Notes: generated by a model from the sequence alone, not told the origin. Counted from the stretch's first letter, positions 8,450 to 18,887 are shown. The stretch is 64,000 bases of DNA from Candidatus Buchananbacteria bacterium (GCA_041664165.1 JBAYLH010000004.1:11974-75973); one strand, 5' to 3'. Program-made: numbers and translations.

Positions 8450-9487
8450 GTGGAAAAGGTGATGCAAATAAGCTTTGGAGTATTGTTTAAGATTAGTTTG
8501 GTTAATTGGCGAAAAGTCTGATTTATATTTGGCATTAGTGATGTTGATGGTTTTATAGAATTTATCATTCTGAGGCCGAAGGCCGAAGAATCTCTGAGAT
8601 CCTTCCCTTTCGCTTCGCTTATGATCAGGATGACGACGAGAAGGTTGACTCCATAAATACAGCCGGCCATGCCTGGCCTCCCGGGTCGGGATGACGCAGT
8701 CAAACATATCAATCCCCTGTTTTACCGCGGCGACGATTTCTTCCGGCCTTCCCAATCCCATTAAGTACCTTGGTTTGTTTTCCGGTAAAAACGGCATGAC
8801 CCAGTTCAAAATTTCTCTCATTTTTTCCCGCGGTTCACCGACAGCCACCCCGCCAATGGCATAGCCGTCAAACTCAAGGGCGGTAATTTCTTTGGCTGAC
8901 TTTAGCCTCAAGTCTTTGTAGATTCCGCCCTGGATTATCCCGAATAATTTTTGATTTTTCGTTTTGAAGCTTTTTTGGCAGCGGCCAGCCCAGCGGGTGG
9001 TTCTTTCCATGGCCAGCTTAACTTTTTGTTTGGCCGCCGGATAGCCGATAACGTCATCAAAAGCCATGGCGATGTCAACGCCGAAGTCTTTTTGAATTTG
9101 CATTGACAATTCCGGAGTTAGCAGATATTTTTTGCCGCTGGTTGGATCGGAAAATTCTACGCCGGCTTCGGAAATTTTTCTCAAATTAGCCAAAGAAAAA
9201 ACCTGAAAGCCGCCGGAATCAGTTAAAATCGGTCCCGGCCAATTCATAAACCGATGCAGTCCGCCGGCTTTTTTAATCAGCGAATTGCCCGGGGACAGCA
9301 TTAAATGATAGGTATTAGCCAAAATAATTTCCGCATTGAGATTTTGCAGCTCGTCAGCCGCTAAATTTTTTACCGCCCCTTTGGTGGCAATCGGCATAAA
9401 AAAAGGACCATCAATATCGCCGTGCGAGGTTGCGAGCTTGGTTAGCCTAGCTTTGGTGCGGGTAGATTTTTTTAAAACTTTAAACAT
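8345..9487 (-). CDS. tgt: tRNA-guanine transglycosylase
   Basis: FMPIATKG, LANTYHL, LTDSGGFQVFSL, GIIQGG, GGVAVGE, PRYLMG and DMFDCVIPTR motifs. Confidence 0.97.
   Translation of the reverse strand: MFKVLKKSTRTKARLTKLATSHGDIDGPFFMPIATKGAVKNLAADELQNLNAEIILANTYHLMLSPGNSLIKKAGGLHRFMNWPGPILTDSGGFQVFSLANLRKISEAGVEFSDPTSGKKYLLTPELSMQIQKDFGVDIAMAFDDVIGYPAAKQKVKLAMERTTRWAGRCQKSFKTKNQKLFGIIQGGIYKDLRLKSAKEITALEFDGYAIGGVAVGEPREKMREILNWVMPFLPENKPRYLMGLGRPEEIVAAVKQGIDMFDCVIPTREARHGRLYLWSQPSRRHPDHKRSEREGSQRFFGLRPQNDKFYKTINITNAKYKSDFSPINQTNLKQYSKAYLHHLFHTNEPLGMRLATLNNLSFYLTLMSEIRQAIKKGKL
8564..8634. repeat. Palindromic REP/RPE-like element inserted in-frame in tgt
   Basis: Outer arms ATCATTCTGA/TCAGGATGAC, inner arms GAAGAATCTC/GAGATCCTTC; encodes non-TGT peptide RRHPDHKRSEREGSQRFFGLRPQND. 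Confidence 0.85.
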
Positions 9488-9562
9488 TGATAATAAAATA
9501 AGAAAATAAAAAATTAAGAAATTAATTTATTTTCTTATTTTCTTAATTTTTTATTTTTGGGC

Positions 9563-11473
9563 TTACTCGGTAATGTCGATAACTAAGCCTCGGCCGCCGC
9601 CAATTTGATCATCTTCTAAATTTGAGGTTATGGCCTGTCCGGTTTTAGTAATTTGAGAATTATTGGTCTTGTCGGTTGCCGTCAGGGTAGTTTGATCGGT
9701 CAAAATCAGTAGTTTTCTCACCTGCTTTTTAGTCGGTATAACGGAAATATCAAACCAGCAGTTCAAATCGGAAAAACTTTTATTGGCCGGGATTTTATTG
9801 ATTGTCCAGCTGATTGTCCGATCCTTAGAATTATATTTGATTTCACCGGCTTTGACATAAAATTTATTTTCCCAGTTTACGCCGTCAGGCAATTTAGTGC
9901 TGACTTCAACATTATTAACTTCATGAAGGCTGTTGGCGATTGACCAATAAATTCTGAAAGTTGTTTTTTGACCGACTACCGGCGGCAGTGGTCCGGTTCC
10001 GACCGCCAGGTTGTCATCGTCAAAATAGCGGCCTTCATTTTTTAATTCAATGTCCGTGTTGATATTATTTACGATTTCATTGCTGCTGACTTTCAGGTCG
10101 GTAACCGCCAGGTCGCCAATTTTTTCAATGCTGGCAGCCGATTTGCTTTTGACCTGCAAATTAGCCTCGCTCAAATTGACTTGATTAGCGTCTTTGACTT
10201 TAATTGAGAAATCAATCGTGCCAGAATCAAGCGGCTTGACTACATCAAGCTGGGAAATCTGGTCTTTATTCCAGGTAATTTGATTATCTTTGACTAAGCC
10301 GGCGTGTTTATCGTCTAAATTCGACCAATCCAAAATATTAGAGTCTAAAGCGATAGCAAAAGAAACATTGCTTAAATCTTTATCGCCTAAATTTTTATAG
10401 ACAATGGAATAAGTCAGGGTCTGGCCGAAACTAATCGGCTGGCCTTGATTGGAACCGTTGATAATCAAGTCGACGCTTAGGCCCGGCTGGATAATTTCGG
10501 TGGTAATTGATTTTTCCTGTTGAACCGAAAATTCATCGGAATCGGGCTTTAAAAAACCGATTTGAATCGAGAAATTCGGCTTAGTATTTTGGGGGTCATT
10601 CAAATAGCCGCCAGTGATGCTGAGTTCGCCTTCCTGGTTTTTACCCAAAGTGTCAATTAGCCATTCATTATTTAAGCTGCGGGCGTCGGCGGCTTGAACG
10701 GTCGGCTGAGGAGTTGCCTCTTGAAAGACAAAGTTGCTTGGATAGTTGGCAACAATTTTTACTTTGGTCAAATCCTGGCTGGAATTATTGCGATAGGTTA
10801 TTTTGTAAGTTACCTTTTTCTCCGGCAAAATTTGCGATGGGCCGTCCAGGCTGATTTCTAAAATTGACGAGGTAACTTGGCTGCTGAACGAAGCCGTATC
10901 TTTAAAAACTGAGCTGAAATTTTTTGGCTGAAATGAAGCGGTGGCATTGATGGTTTTGATTGAACCGACTTCGCCGATTAATTTTCCTTTGATTTCAATT
11001 TGGCCGCTGGCACCCACCCCTAAAGTTCCCAAATTCCAAGCCGTATTGAAGTCATTGGCCGGGGCCGGTTGGGCGGAAATAAATTCAAAATTATCAGGAT
11101 AGCGAAAAATTATTTCAACATTATCCAAGGGGACATTTTCGACATTTTTATAATTTAAAACATAAACTACTTCGTCGCCGGAGGCAATGCTTTGCTGACC
11201 CTGTAATTCGAGTTTGATGCTGCCGCCCGAAAAATTTTTATTTTGATTAAAGATGACAAAGCCCAGCCAGCTAATCGCCGCTAAAATTAAAACCACGGCA
11301 ATAAAACTGAAAAAAAACATTTTAAACCGGCTTTTTCTCCTCACGTCCAGATGGGAAATGTCGGGCAGGCTGCCGTCTTGGTTGCTGTAAATTTTCATTA
11401 AATCCTTTTGGACTGACGATCCGTCTCGGCCGTCAGCTTCTTTTTTGAGTTGTTTTAAGCGGTTGGATTTCAT
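9563..11473 (-). CDS. Membrane-anchored protein with repeated DUF11-like Ig-fold domains
   Basis: Single N-terminal TM; repeated Y.I.Y.N....L..V.I...YP..F.F motifs. Confidence 0.7.
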   Translation of the reverse strand: MKSNRLKQLKKEADGRDGSSVQKDLMKIYSNQDGSLPDISHLDVRRKSRFKMFFFSFIAVVLILAAISWLGFVIFNQNKNFSGGSIKLELQGQQSIASGDEVVYVLNYKNVENVPLDNVEIIFRYPDNFEFISAQPAPANDFNTAWNLGTLGVGASGQIEIKGKLIGEVGSIKTINATASFQPKNFSSVFKDTASFSSQVTSSILEISLDGPSQILPEKKVTYKITYRNNSSQDLTKVKIVANYPSNFVFQEATPQPTVQAADARSLNNEWLIDTLGKNQEGELSITGGYLNDPQNTKPNFSIQIGFLKPDSDEFSVQQEKSITTEIIQPGLSVDLIINGSNQGQPISFGQTLTYSIVYKNLGDKDLSNVSFAIALDSNILDWSNLDDKHAGLVKDNQITWNKDQISQLDVVKPLDSGTIDFSIKVKDANQVNLSEANLQVKSKSAASIEKIGDLAVTDLKVSSNEIVNNINTDIELKNEGRYFDDDNLAVGTGPLPPVVGQKTTFRIYWSIANSLHEVNNVEVSTKLPDGVNWENKFYVKAGEIKYNSKDRTISWTINKIPANKSFSDLNCWFDISVIPTKKQVRKLLILTDQTTLTATDKTNNSQITKTGQAITSNLEDDQIGGGRGLVIDITE

Positions 11474-11481
11474 ATTTTAGT

Positions 11482-13920
11482 TCATTTGGCTAAAGCGGCG
11501 CCATAAAATTGATCAGTATTAAGTTTGGCTTTGAAACTGACCCCGCTATCGTCGCTGGCAAGGTCAGGCGGAAATTTTGCCAATGGTTTCAAGCCATTAT
11601 TCAGCTTGAGGTAGCTGCTTAGGTCAGACCCCAGGCTGCCAGCTTGTTTTTGAGCCAGCAAGCTGTAGTAGAAGGTATTTTGGCCTTCCAGGGCGATTTT
11701 AAACGGCAGGCGGTATTTAATAGTAACGGACTGGATTTCTCCCGGCTTGAGCTGAAGCCAGTTGCCAAAAACGGTTTTGCCGCTTTCTTTGTAAATATCA
11801 GTATCGGTTTTTTCATCTTTGGTTTTTTCGGTTTCAACGCTAAGCAAATCGCTATCGGACTGGTACTCTGGCAGCGGGCTTTCAAAAAATTTGGCCATTG
11901 GTTTTTTAAAGCCAGTCGCGGCCAATAAGGTGCTGCCCAGCGGAACATAAAATCTGACATAACTATTATTTTGAACGCCGGTAAAAATGTTTTCGCCGGA
12001 AGTACCCGTATGGCGCCGGGTGACTTTAACGGTATCAATTATCGAACCATCGGACTGAACCTCGGCGGCGTGTTCGATTGTTTCCTTGACGACGCCGTCG
12101 GTTTTGCCGCCGGCCAAGTTGGTGTGGACAACGGAAAGGTAGTCGCTGTTAGTTTTTTTAATTTCGCCGGCCCAGCCTAAATCGGTTATTAATTTTTCAG
12201 TTTGATAATCATTAAAATAAATCAAAAGCTGTTTTTCATTCAAACTGCTTTTAAAGACCTCAAAAAGCTTTTTTAAATCAGCGCCATCGGCCGAAAACAG
12301 CTTGTTTAGGAGAATTGGGGCTAAATCGGCAATAAATTGTTTCGGTTTATTTTCTTTTTTATCATACTCAATCTCGACGATTTTTTGGGTTTCAGCGACA
12401 AAATTTTGACTGGTAATATCGCGGCCGTACTCCGGCATCGGAATCGGCCCGAAAATAGCGAGCAATTTTTCCATTACCGTTGAAGTCAAGGTGATGACGC
12501 CGTCAACGCTTGGTCCGCTGGCATTTTGGTAAAACCACTCGATTTTTTTGGCCGTGGTCGGAAAATCCGGCCACCAGTTGGCATCCTGAAATTCCCACCG
12601 CGAATTAATCAGATGCAGCGGTTCGGGCGAGATGACTTTTGGCACCAAAGCGCCTTGCAAATCATAAGTGCCGCCGGGCGGGATGTCTAGTTTTTTAATT
12701 TCGCCTTGATCAATATCAGCCAAGGCAAAGCTGCCCATAAATCCGCCGCCGCCGCGCAACTCATTGTTATTCAAAAAAATTACCAGATAGCGTTGCCATT
12801 GATTTTGGCCTAAAATTTTTAACAAAACGGTATTAAGGTCATAAAGCCCTTTCAAGCCGGATTCGATTTTTGGCAAATCCGCCAAAACTTTGGTAAAGGT
12901 TTCGCGGTGTTCGGCCGGCAGATCGTTAACTTTGATGCTTTGGATTTTAATTTTAGCCTCGTTAAATTTATTTATCGCCGTTTTTAAATCCCCCTGAAAA
13001 CCAGCCAAAGATTCGTAGTAGCCTTTTAAGTTTTTGCCGTCGATTATTTTTTGGCCGCCAGAAATCAGGATTTGGCCGGTTTCGGCAATAATTTGGCCGG
13101 CGGAAAGCAAGGCTAAACCGGAGCTGACGGACCGATTTTGGTCGGGCAGCAGTTTTAAAATGTCGCTGCTCAAAAGATTCAAGTCGTTGATTTCTTTTTG
13201 GGCGGAAATAAAATTATTTTTTGCCTGGCCAAATGAGGCATTGGCGCCGTTTAAATCAAAATCAGTAACGGCTTGTTCCCCTTGTTTGAGATTTTCAATC
13301 GCTTCGTTGGTCAGGAGCAAAACCCGGTCTTTGGTATCCTGCAAATCTTCATAGTAAGTAAAAGCCTGAAGTGGCAGGATTAAAACGATTGCCATCAGGA
13401 TAAAAACGGCTACCTTTTTATGCCAGTTTGTCGGAATTTGAAGACTGGAAATTTGGATATAACTGGGTTTGGCAAAAATATCTTCAATTTCTTGTTCCTC
13501 AAATGAAGATATTGTCTTTTTGAGTTCGCCTGATTTTTCGACTTGATCTTCTTTTGGGGGTTGTTCGGCTAATGGTTTTTTTAACGAAGCAACCATTAAA
13601 TTTTTGCTGCCGATAAAATCAACGCAGATTTTATTATTATTTTTTTTGGGTGGCATTTTAGGCGGCTTGATCTGGCTAATCGGTTCCGATTTAGGCTTAG
13701 CCGTCGAAGCTAGAAGATTTTTTTCAAACAGCTCTTGATAGGGATTTTTGAGATTAACAATATGAGCCGACCTGATTTTTTGGCCTAATTCAATATTCAG
13801 CGAAATTTCTGGTTCGCTTTTTGACTCTTTTAATAAATTATCATCTGATAATCGCTTCCGGCCGAGCCTTTTGGCGGAGGTGATAATTTTTTTTGCTTTT
13901 TCTTTTGATTTTTGAGGCAT
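11482..13920 (-). CDS. DUF4012 domain-containing membrane protein
   Basis: YLVIFLNNNELRGGGGFMGS, DANWWPDFP and VDGVI motifs. Confidence 0.85.
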   Translation of the reverse strand: MPQKSKEKAKKIITSAKRLGRKRLSDDNLLKESKSEPEISLNIELGQKIRSAHIVNLKNPYQELFEKNLLASTAKPKSEPISQIKPPKMPPKKNNNKICVDFIGSKNLMVASLKKPLAEQPPKEDQVEKSGELKKTISSFEEQEIEDIFAKPSYIQISSLQIPTNWHKKVAVFILMAIVLILPLQAFTYYEDLQDTKDRVLLLTNEAIENLKQGEQAVTDFDLNGANASFGQAKNNFISAQKEINDLNLLSSDILKLLPDQNRSVSSGLALLSAGQIIAETGQILISGGQKIIDGKNLKGYYESLAGFQGDLKTAINKFNEAKIKIQSIKVNDLPAEHRETFTKVLADLPKIESGLKGLYDLNTVLLKILGQNQWQRYLVIFLNNNELRGGGGFMGSFALADIDQGEIKKLDIPPGGTYDLQGALVPKVISPEPLHLINSRWEFQDANWWPDFPTTAKKIEWFYQNASGPSVDGVITLTSTVMEKLLAIFGPIPMPEYGRDITSQNFVAETQKIVEIEYDKKENKPKQFIADLAPILLNKLFSADGADLKKLFEVFKSSLNEKQLLIYFNDYQTEKLITDLGWAGEIKKTNSDYLSVVHTNLAGGKTDGVVKETIEHAAEVQSDGSIIDTVKVTRRHTGTSGENIFTGVQNNSYVRFYVPLGSTLLAATGFKKPMAKFFESPLPEYQSDSDLLSVETEKTKDEKTDTDIYKESGKTVFGNWLQLKPGEIQSVTIKYRLPFKIALEGQNTFYYSLLAQKQAGSLGSDLSSYLKLNNGLKPLAKFPPDLASDDSGVSFKAKLNTDQFYGAALAK

Positions 13921-13967
13921 CTAAATATTAAAAAGTAATAATTGAGATTACCTTATTATAACACAAA

Positions 13968-15086
13968 TTAAGTAGTTTCGTAAATTTTTAGAGTTTTCTC
14001 GGCGCAGGCCGGCCAATTAAATCTTTTAATCTGATTTAAGCCTCGGTTTTTTAAATTAATATACAATTCCTGATCGGTTAAAACCCGATTGATTATTTCC
14101 GCCATTTCCGCCGGATTATTTGGGTTAAAATAAATAGCGCTGTCCTGCAAAATCTCCGGCAGACTCGTGGAATTTGAGGCGACAACCGGCGTGCCGCAAG
14201 CCAATGATTCCAGCGCCACTAAGCCGAAACCTTCGCAAAAAGATGGCAAAACAAAAATTTCAGCCGCATTATATAGCAATGGCAGATCAAAATCTTGAAT
14301 AAAGCCGGGTTGGATAATGTCGGTTTTAAACGGTGAATTAACAATCGCCAGGCTAATTTCCGGATAGCGCGGGTCTGGTCGGCCGCCTAAAACCAGCTGG
14401 TAGTCAAGCCGGTACCGGGATTTAACTAAATTGAAAGCCTTGATTAAATTCGGCAAATTTTTATGGTCACGCCAAACGCCGGTATAAAGAATAAACGGCT
14501 TGGTGATGTTATAAGCTTTTTTTGCGGCTAAAATTTTATTTTGATCATTTATTTCTTTATATTCCGGGCCGATGCCGAGATAAATCACTTCGATTTTTTC
14601 CGGCCTGACTTTAAAAAATTTAAGCAGATTGTCTTTGGTATGATTTGACACGGTAATGATTTTTTTCGCCCTTTTAATTCCCTGTCCAAAAACCAGATTA
14701 TAGCCTAATTTTTTAATGACTGACTTTTTGACGTTTGGCCCCGGAAAAAAATAAGGCGTAATGTCATGGATAGTAACAATAAATTTTTTGGGGTAAAGCA
14801 GCGGCACGTTGAAATGGGGAAAATGAACCAAGTCCAGATTGTATTGCAATAATTTTTTCGGCATTTCAAACTGTTCGGCCAGGCTATACCAGCGGCAATT
14901 CACTCTGATTTTTTTGATCCGCTCATTGGGCGGGGTAAATTCGGAATAGCCCGGTTCGCGCATAAATAAAAAATATTCGTTGGTTTTATCCAATTCAAAA
15001 AGCTGATCGGTCAAATTTTTGACATAAACGCCAATCCCCGTTGTTGATTTGGCGCCGTACATTCTGGCATCAATTCCAATGCGCAT
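13968..15086 (-). CDS. Glycosyltransferase family 4
   Basis: MRIGIDAR; TIHD; KNL; PSFCEGFGLVALE. Confidence 0.93.
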   Translation of the reverse strand: MRIGIDARMYGAKSTTGIGVYVKNLTDQLFELDKTNEYFLFMREPGYSEFTPPNERIKKIRVNCRWYSLAEQFEMPKKLLQYNLDLVHFPHFNVPLLYPKKFIVTIHDITPYFFPGPNVKKSVIKKLGYNLVFGQGIKRAKKIITVSNHTKDNLLKFFKVRPEKIEVIYLGIGPEYKEINDQNKILAAKKAYNITKPFILYTGVWRDHKNLPNLIKAFNLVKSRYRLDYQLVLGGRPDPRYPEISLAIVNSPFKTDIIQPGFIQDFDLPLLYNAAEIFVLPSFCEGFGLVALESLACGTPVVASNSTSLPEILQDSAIYFNPNNPAEMAEIINRVLTDQELYINLKNRGLNQIKRFNWPACAEKTLKIYETT

Positions 15087-15095
15087 AGAAAAAAA

Positions 15096-16247
15096 TTAGG
15101 AATTATTCTCCAATTTATGGTTTGTCGTCCCCGACTCGATAATTTTTAAAATCTGCTCCGCCGCCGACCGCCAATTAAATTTTTTGGCTTGGACAAATCC
15201 CCTTTCCTTAAGCAAATTTTTCAATCTTTCATCGGCTAAAAATTGATTGATTACTGTCGCCAGTTCATTGAAATTATTCTGGTCGATTAAAAGTCCGGCA
15301 TTGCCGACCGATTCAACCAGTGCCGAATTAAAGCCGCTGATAACCGGCGTGCCACAGGCCATGGCTTCCAGCGGCGGCAAACCAAAGCCCTCATAAATCG
15401 AGGGATAAACAAATAATTTGGCTAAGCCATAAAGCGCCGGCCGATCAGATGAATCAACGTAACCCAAAAATTTAATCCGGTCTTTGGCTGGTGATTTTTG
15501 CCAAAGCTGGTAAATTTTTTGGTATTTCCAGGCCGGACTGCCGGCAATTACCAAATGAACCGACTGGTTAGTAACTTTTTCAAAGGCTAAAATCAAGCTT
15601 TCCACGTTTTTTCTCGGTTCCAAATTTCCTAGGTAAAAAATGTAATCATTGGGCAGCTTAAACTTATTTTTAACTCTTGCCTTCTCCGATTCGGCGATTG
15701 GCTTGAAAAATAGGTCATTAACGCCGTTATAAACCACTTTAATTTTTTCCGGCGGAATTTGATAGAATTTGATAATATCGTTTTTGGTATTTTCGGAAAT
15801 GGCAATAATGACATCCGAATTTTGGCAGAGTTTTTTCGGCGCAATCAGGCTATGCCAAATCTTTTTTTTGGCCGTAAAAAATTCCGGATAGATTTCAAAG
15901 GAAAGGTCGTGGACGATTAAAATCTTTTTGCAGTCTCCGGAAAGGTTGGAAAACAAAAAACTCGGCGTCAAAAAAACGTCAACCCCGCCGATTAATTTGT
16001 CAATTTCGGCCACTTTCAAAAGCCGCAGCGACAAGTTAAAAATTTTATTGGGATAATTAAAGCCTTTGTCGGTTACGTTAGGATAATTAAACTCCGGCAC
16101 TTTTGATTTTTTTGACGAATTATAAAATAAAAAATATTGATTTCGGGAATCAATTTTAAATAAATTGGAGACTAGGTTGTATGTGTATTCGCTGATGCCG
16201 GAGTATTGCTTTTCCATCAGACAGCGAATATCAATGCCGATTTTCAT
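15096..16247 (-). CDS. Glycosyltransferase family 4
   Basis: MKIGIDIR; EPRKN; YPSIYEGFGLPPLEAMACG. Confidence 0.93.
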   Translation of the reverse strand: MKIGIDIRCLMEKQYSGISEYTYNLVSNLFKIDSRNQYFLFYNSSKKSKVPEFNYPNVTDKGFNYPNKIFNLSLRLLKVAEIDKLIGGVDVFLTPSFLFSNLSGDCKKILIVHDLSFEIYPEFFTAKKKIWHSLIAPKKLCQNSDVIIAISENTKNDIIKFYQIPPEKIKVVYNGVNDLFFKPIAESEKARVKNKFKLPNDYIFYLGNLEPRKNVESLILAFEKVTNQSVHLVIAGSPAWKYQKIYQLWQKSPAKDRIKFLGYVDSSDRPALYGLAKLFVYPSIYEGFGLPPLEAMACGTPVISGFNSALVESVGNAGLLIDQNNFNELATVINQFLADERLKNLLKERGFVQAKKFNWRSAAEQILKIIESGTTNHKLENNS

Positions 16248-16250
16248 AGT

Positions 16251-17369
16251 TTAAAAGCCGCATTTAATCTGGGAATTTTTTAGTTTTTGCCATTCGCTCT
16301 CGATCAATTCTCTGATTTCTTTTTTGAATCTTTCCGTACTGAATTGTTCGGCGTAATCTTTAATTTTAATCGGATTGTAATCTTCGGGTTTGAAGCGGAC
16401 AATCGCATCGGCCAAAGCTTCCCAGGTCTGTTCGTCAAAAAATTTGCCCGTTTGGCCTTCGACGACGGTTTCGCAGGCACCGCCGGCGGCTAAAGCGATA
16501 ACCGGCCGACCGCAGGCCATTGATTCAACCGCCGTGATGCCAAAGTCTTCGATTTGTGGATGGACAAAGGCAATTGCCTCGCTGTAGAGCTTGGCCAGTT
16601 CGGTTTGGCTAATTTTGCCCAAAAATTCAATATTTTGCTTGGCCAAGTTTTTAAGATTTTTTTCCTCCGGCCCGGTGCCAAAAATTTTTAAAGGGATGCC
16701 CAGCCGGTTAAAAGCTTTAATGGCAATATCAAATCTTTTATAAGCGACCAGCCGGCCGCCGGTTAAAAAGTATTTGCCGACAGCGGGTGAAATTTGAAAA
16801 TTATTAGTATCGACTGGCGGGTGGATAATTAGGCTGTCCCGGCGATAATATTTTTTTATCCGATCGGCAACGTTTTTCGAATTAGCGATGAAATAATCAA
16901 CCCTTTGAGCAGACAGCTGATCCCAAATCCGCAGCTGGTTTAAAATCAGCGGAATAATTTTTTTTATCAGCCGGTTATATTTCAACTCTTCAACGTAGCG
17001 GTGGGTGTCCGACCAAAGATAGCGGGTTGGGGTATGGCAATAGCAAAAGTGAAGCGTATTTGACCGGGTGATTATGCCTTTGGCCATGGCGGAACAGCTT
17101 GATAAAACCACGTCATAATCCATCAAGTCGTAACTTTCCGTGGCGGTCGGCATCAACGGTAAAAACCATTGATAATGTTTTAGCGCGGCCGGCCAATTCT
17201 GCAGAAAAGAAGTCCTAATGTCTTTATCCTTGAAAATTTGGCCGAGTTTTTCCCGATCATAAAGCAAGGTGTAAGTCGGCGCCTCGGGCCACATTTCTAA
17301 AAACACCTGCAGAACTCTTTCGGCCCCGCCCTCTTGGATTAAATGGTCATGAATTAAAGCTACCTTCAT
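16251..17369 (-). CDS. Glycosyltransferase family 4 (WbaZ-like); true start probably ATG 17369
   Basis: MKVALIHDH..GGAERV; YCHTPTRYLW; EDFGITAVESMACG. Confidence 0.92.
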   Translation of the reverse strand: MKVALIHDHLIQEGGAERVLQVFLEMWPEAPTYTLLYDREKLGQIFKDKDIRTSFLQNWPAALKHYQWFLPLMPTATESYDLMDYDVVLSSCSAMAKGIITRSNTLHFCYCHTPTRYLWSDTHRYVEELKYNRLIKKIIPLILNQLRIWDQLSAQRVDYFIANSKNVADRIKKYYRRDSLIIHPPVDTNNFQISPAVGKYFLTGGRLVAYKRFDIAIKAFNRLGIPLKIFGTGPEEKNLKNLAKQNIEFLGKISQTELAKLYSEAIAFVHPQIEDFGITAVESMACGRPVIALAAGGACETVVEGQTGKFFDEQTWEALADAIVRFKPEDYNPIKIKDYAEQFSTERFKKEIRELIESEWQKLKNSQIKCGF

Positions 17370-17483
17370 CCCGTTAGAGGCCTGCTCGGCTAGAAATTTT
17401 TCCAACGGAGCAGGTGTTAATTATTAATAATATAAATCCGATATAATCATAATCAGTCATATAATTATTGCCTCTGACGGGAT
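17368..17483. repeat. CCCGTTAGA/TCTAACGGG-type palindromic element filling the intergenic space
   Basis: ATCCCGTTAGAGGC (17368-17381) / GCCTCTGACGGGAT (17470-17483), 1 mismatch; nested CCTGCTC..TAGA/CAACGGAGCAGG pair at 17381-17414. Confidence 0.85.
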
Positions 17484-18887
17484 TCATTCGGTTTGCCTCC
17501 TTTTAATAATCGCACCCGGCGTTTTAAAAATTATCTGCAAATCCAAGGCTAACGACCAATTTTCAATATAGTAAGTGTCAAGTTTGATTTCTTCCTCAAA
17601 ATCCAAATCCGACCGGCCGGAAACCTGGGCTAAGCCGGTAATCCCCGGCCGAATGGTTAAAACTTTTTTATGGTGCCGCTGGTATTTGGTAACTTCTTCG
17701 AGTTCATGCGGCCGCGGCCCGACTAAGCTCATCTTGCCGATTAAAACAATAAAAAGTTCAGGCAGCTCATCAATACTGAAACGTCTGATAATTTTTCCAA
17801 TCCTGGTAATTCTCGGATCATTTTTAAATTTCATCATCGGCGAGCCATCCCGTAAATTTTTTTGTTGGGCTAAAAATTCCGGATCAAACCGGTATTGATG
17901 GGCATTTTTAATCATTGATCGAAATTTAAAGTACGAAAAAGGCTTGCCGAATTGGCCCGCTCTTTGGTAAAGAAAAAATACCGAGCCGGCTGAATCTAGC
18001 TTAATCGCCAGCGCGGCCAGCAACATTACCGGCGAGGTTAGAATAATTAAAATGATTGCGCCGACAAGATCAAAAGTTCTTTTATAAATCCGGCCCCAGC
18101 CGTCAAGCCGGGTTTTTTTTACTTCGACTACCGGCATGCCGGCGTAAGTTACTACCTCTAAATTAGTCAGCTGAGTGCCTAATAAATCAGCAGTATATTT
18201 AAAATCCAAATGGTACTCGTTGGCTAAATTGATTAAATCGATAGTTTGTTCCGTATTGGCGTTAGGATTAACTTCAATAATTTCATCAACCGAGTCGGTC
18301 TCGGCCATCGCTTTAATTTTTTCGGCAATCGGCGAGCTAAAATCCGAAAATTGAGCCACGACCCGATAACCCAATGATTTATGGTCGGTAAATTCTCTAA
18401 TCAATTCTTTAGCCACTTGGCCGTTACCGATAATTGCCAGCCGGTGAACGCCAAAGCCGAATTTATAGGAAAATTTTTTACTGGTTCGAATAATTAATCT
18501 TTCCAGGCTGACAAAAATGATGGCCAAAACCCAGACGGCGATGATAATAAAACGGGAATCAAATAAAAAACGGGAAAAAACCATAACGGCTAAAACCAAA
18601 GCCAGGCCGGCGGAGCAAGCGACAAAAACCCGGCCGAGCTCCTCCCGTAATTTTTTAGTGCCGCCGATGGTATAAAGGCCGGCTAAACCAAAAATTGCCA
18701 CCCAGCAAAGTCCAATAACTAAAGTCAAACTGAAGTAATCTTTGAAAGGTAAATTAAAAATTACCGGCCTGACATTTTGCACGATTGGCAAAAAGCGGAT
18801 AAAATAAGCGGCAATGGCGGCAAAAATTAAAGCCAGATAGTCAAGCGGCGGCTTCACCGCGACAAATATCAATTCGGAACGTTTCAT
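17484..18887 (-). CDS. Priming polyprenyl glycosylphosphotransferase (WcaJ/WbaP-type sugar transferase)
   Basis: KRTFD, KFRSM, DPRITRIG, SIDELP, MSLVGPRP, PGITGLAQVSGR; likely start MKRSEL at 18887. Confidence 0.93.
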   Translation of the reverse strand: MKRSELIFVAVKPPLDYLALIFAAIAAYFIRFLPIVQNVRPVIFNLPFKDYFSLTLVIGLCWVAIFGLAGLYTIGGTKKLREELGRVFVACSAGLALVLAVMVFSRFLFDSRFIIIAVWVLAIIFVSLERLIIRTSKKFSYKFGFGVHRLAIIGNGQVAKELIREFTDHKSLGYRVVAQFSDFSSPIAEKIKAMAETDSVDEIIEVNPNANTEQTIDLINLANEYHLDFKYTADLLGTQLTNLEVVTYAGMPVVEVKKTRLDGWGRIYKRTFDLVGAIILIILTSPVMLLAALAIKLDSAGSVFFLYQRAGQFGKPFSYFKFRSMIKNAHQYRFDPEFLAQQKNLRDGSPMMKFKNDPRITRIGKIIRRFSIDELPELFIVLIGKMSLVGPRPHELEEVTKYQRHHKKVLTIRPGITGLAQVSGRSDLDFEEEIKLDTYYIENWSLALDLQIIFKTPGAIIKRRQTE

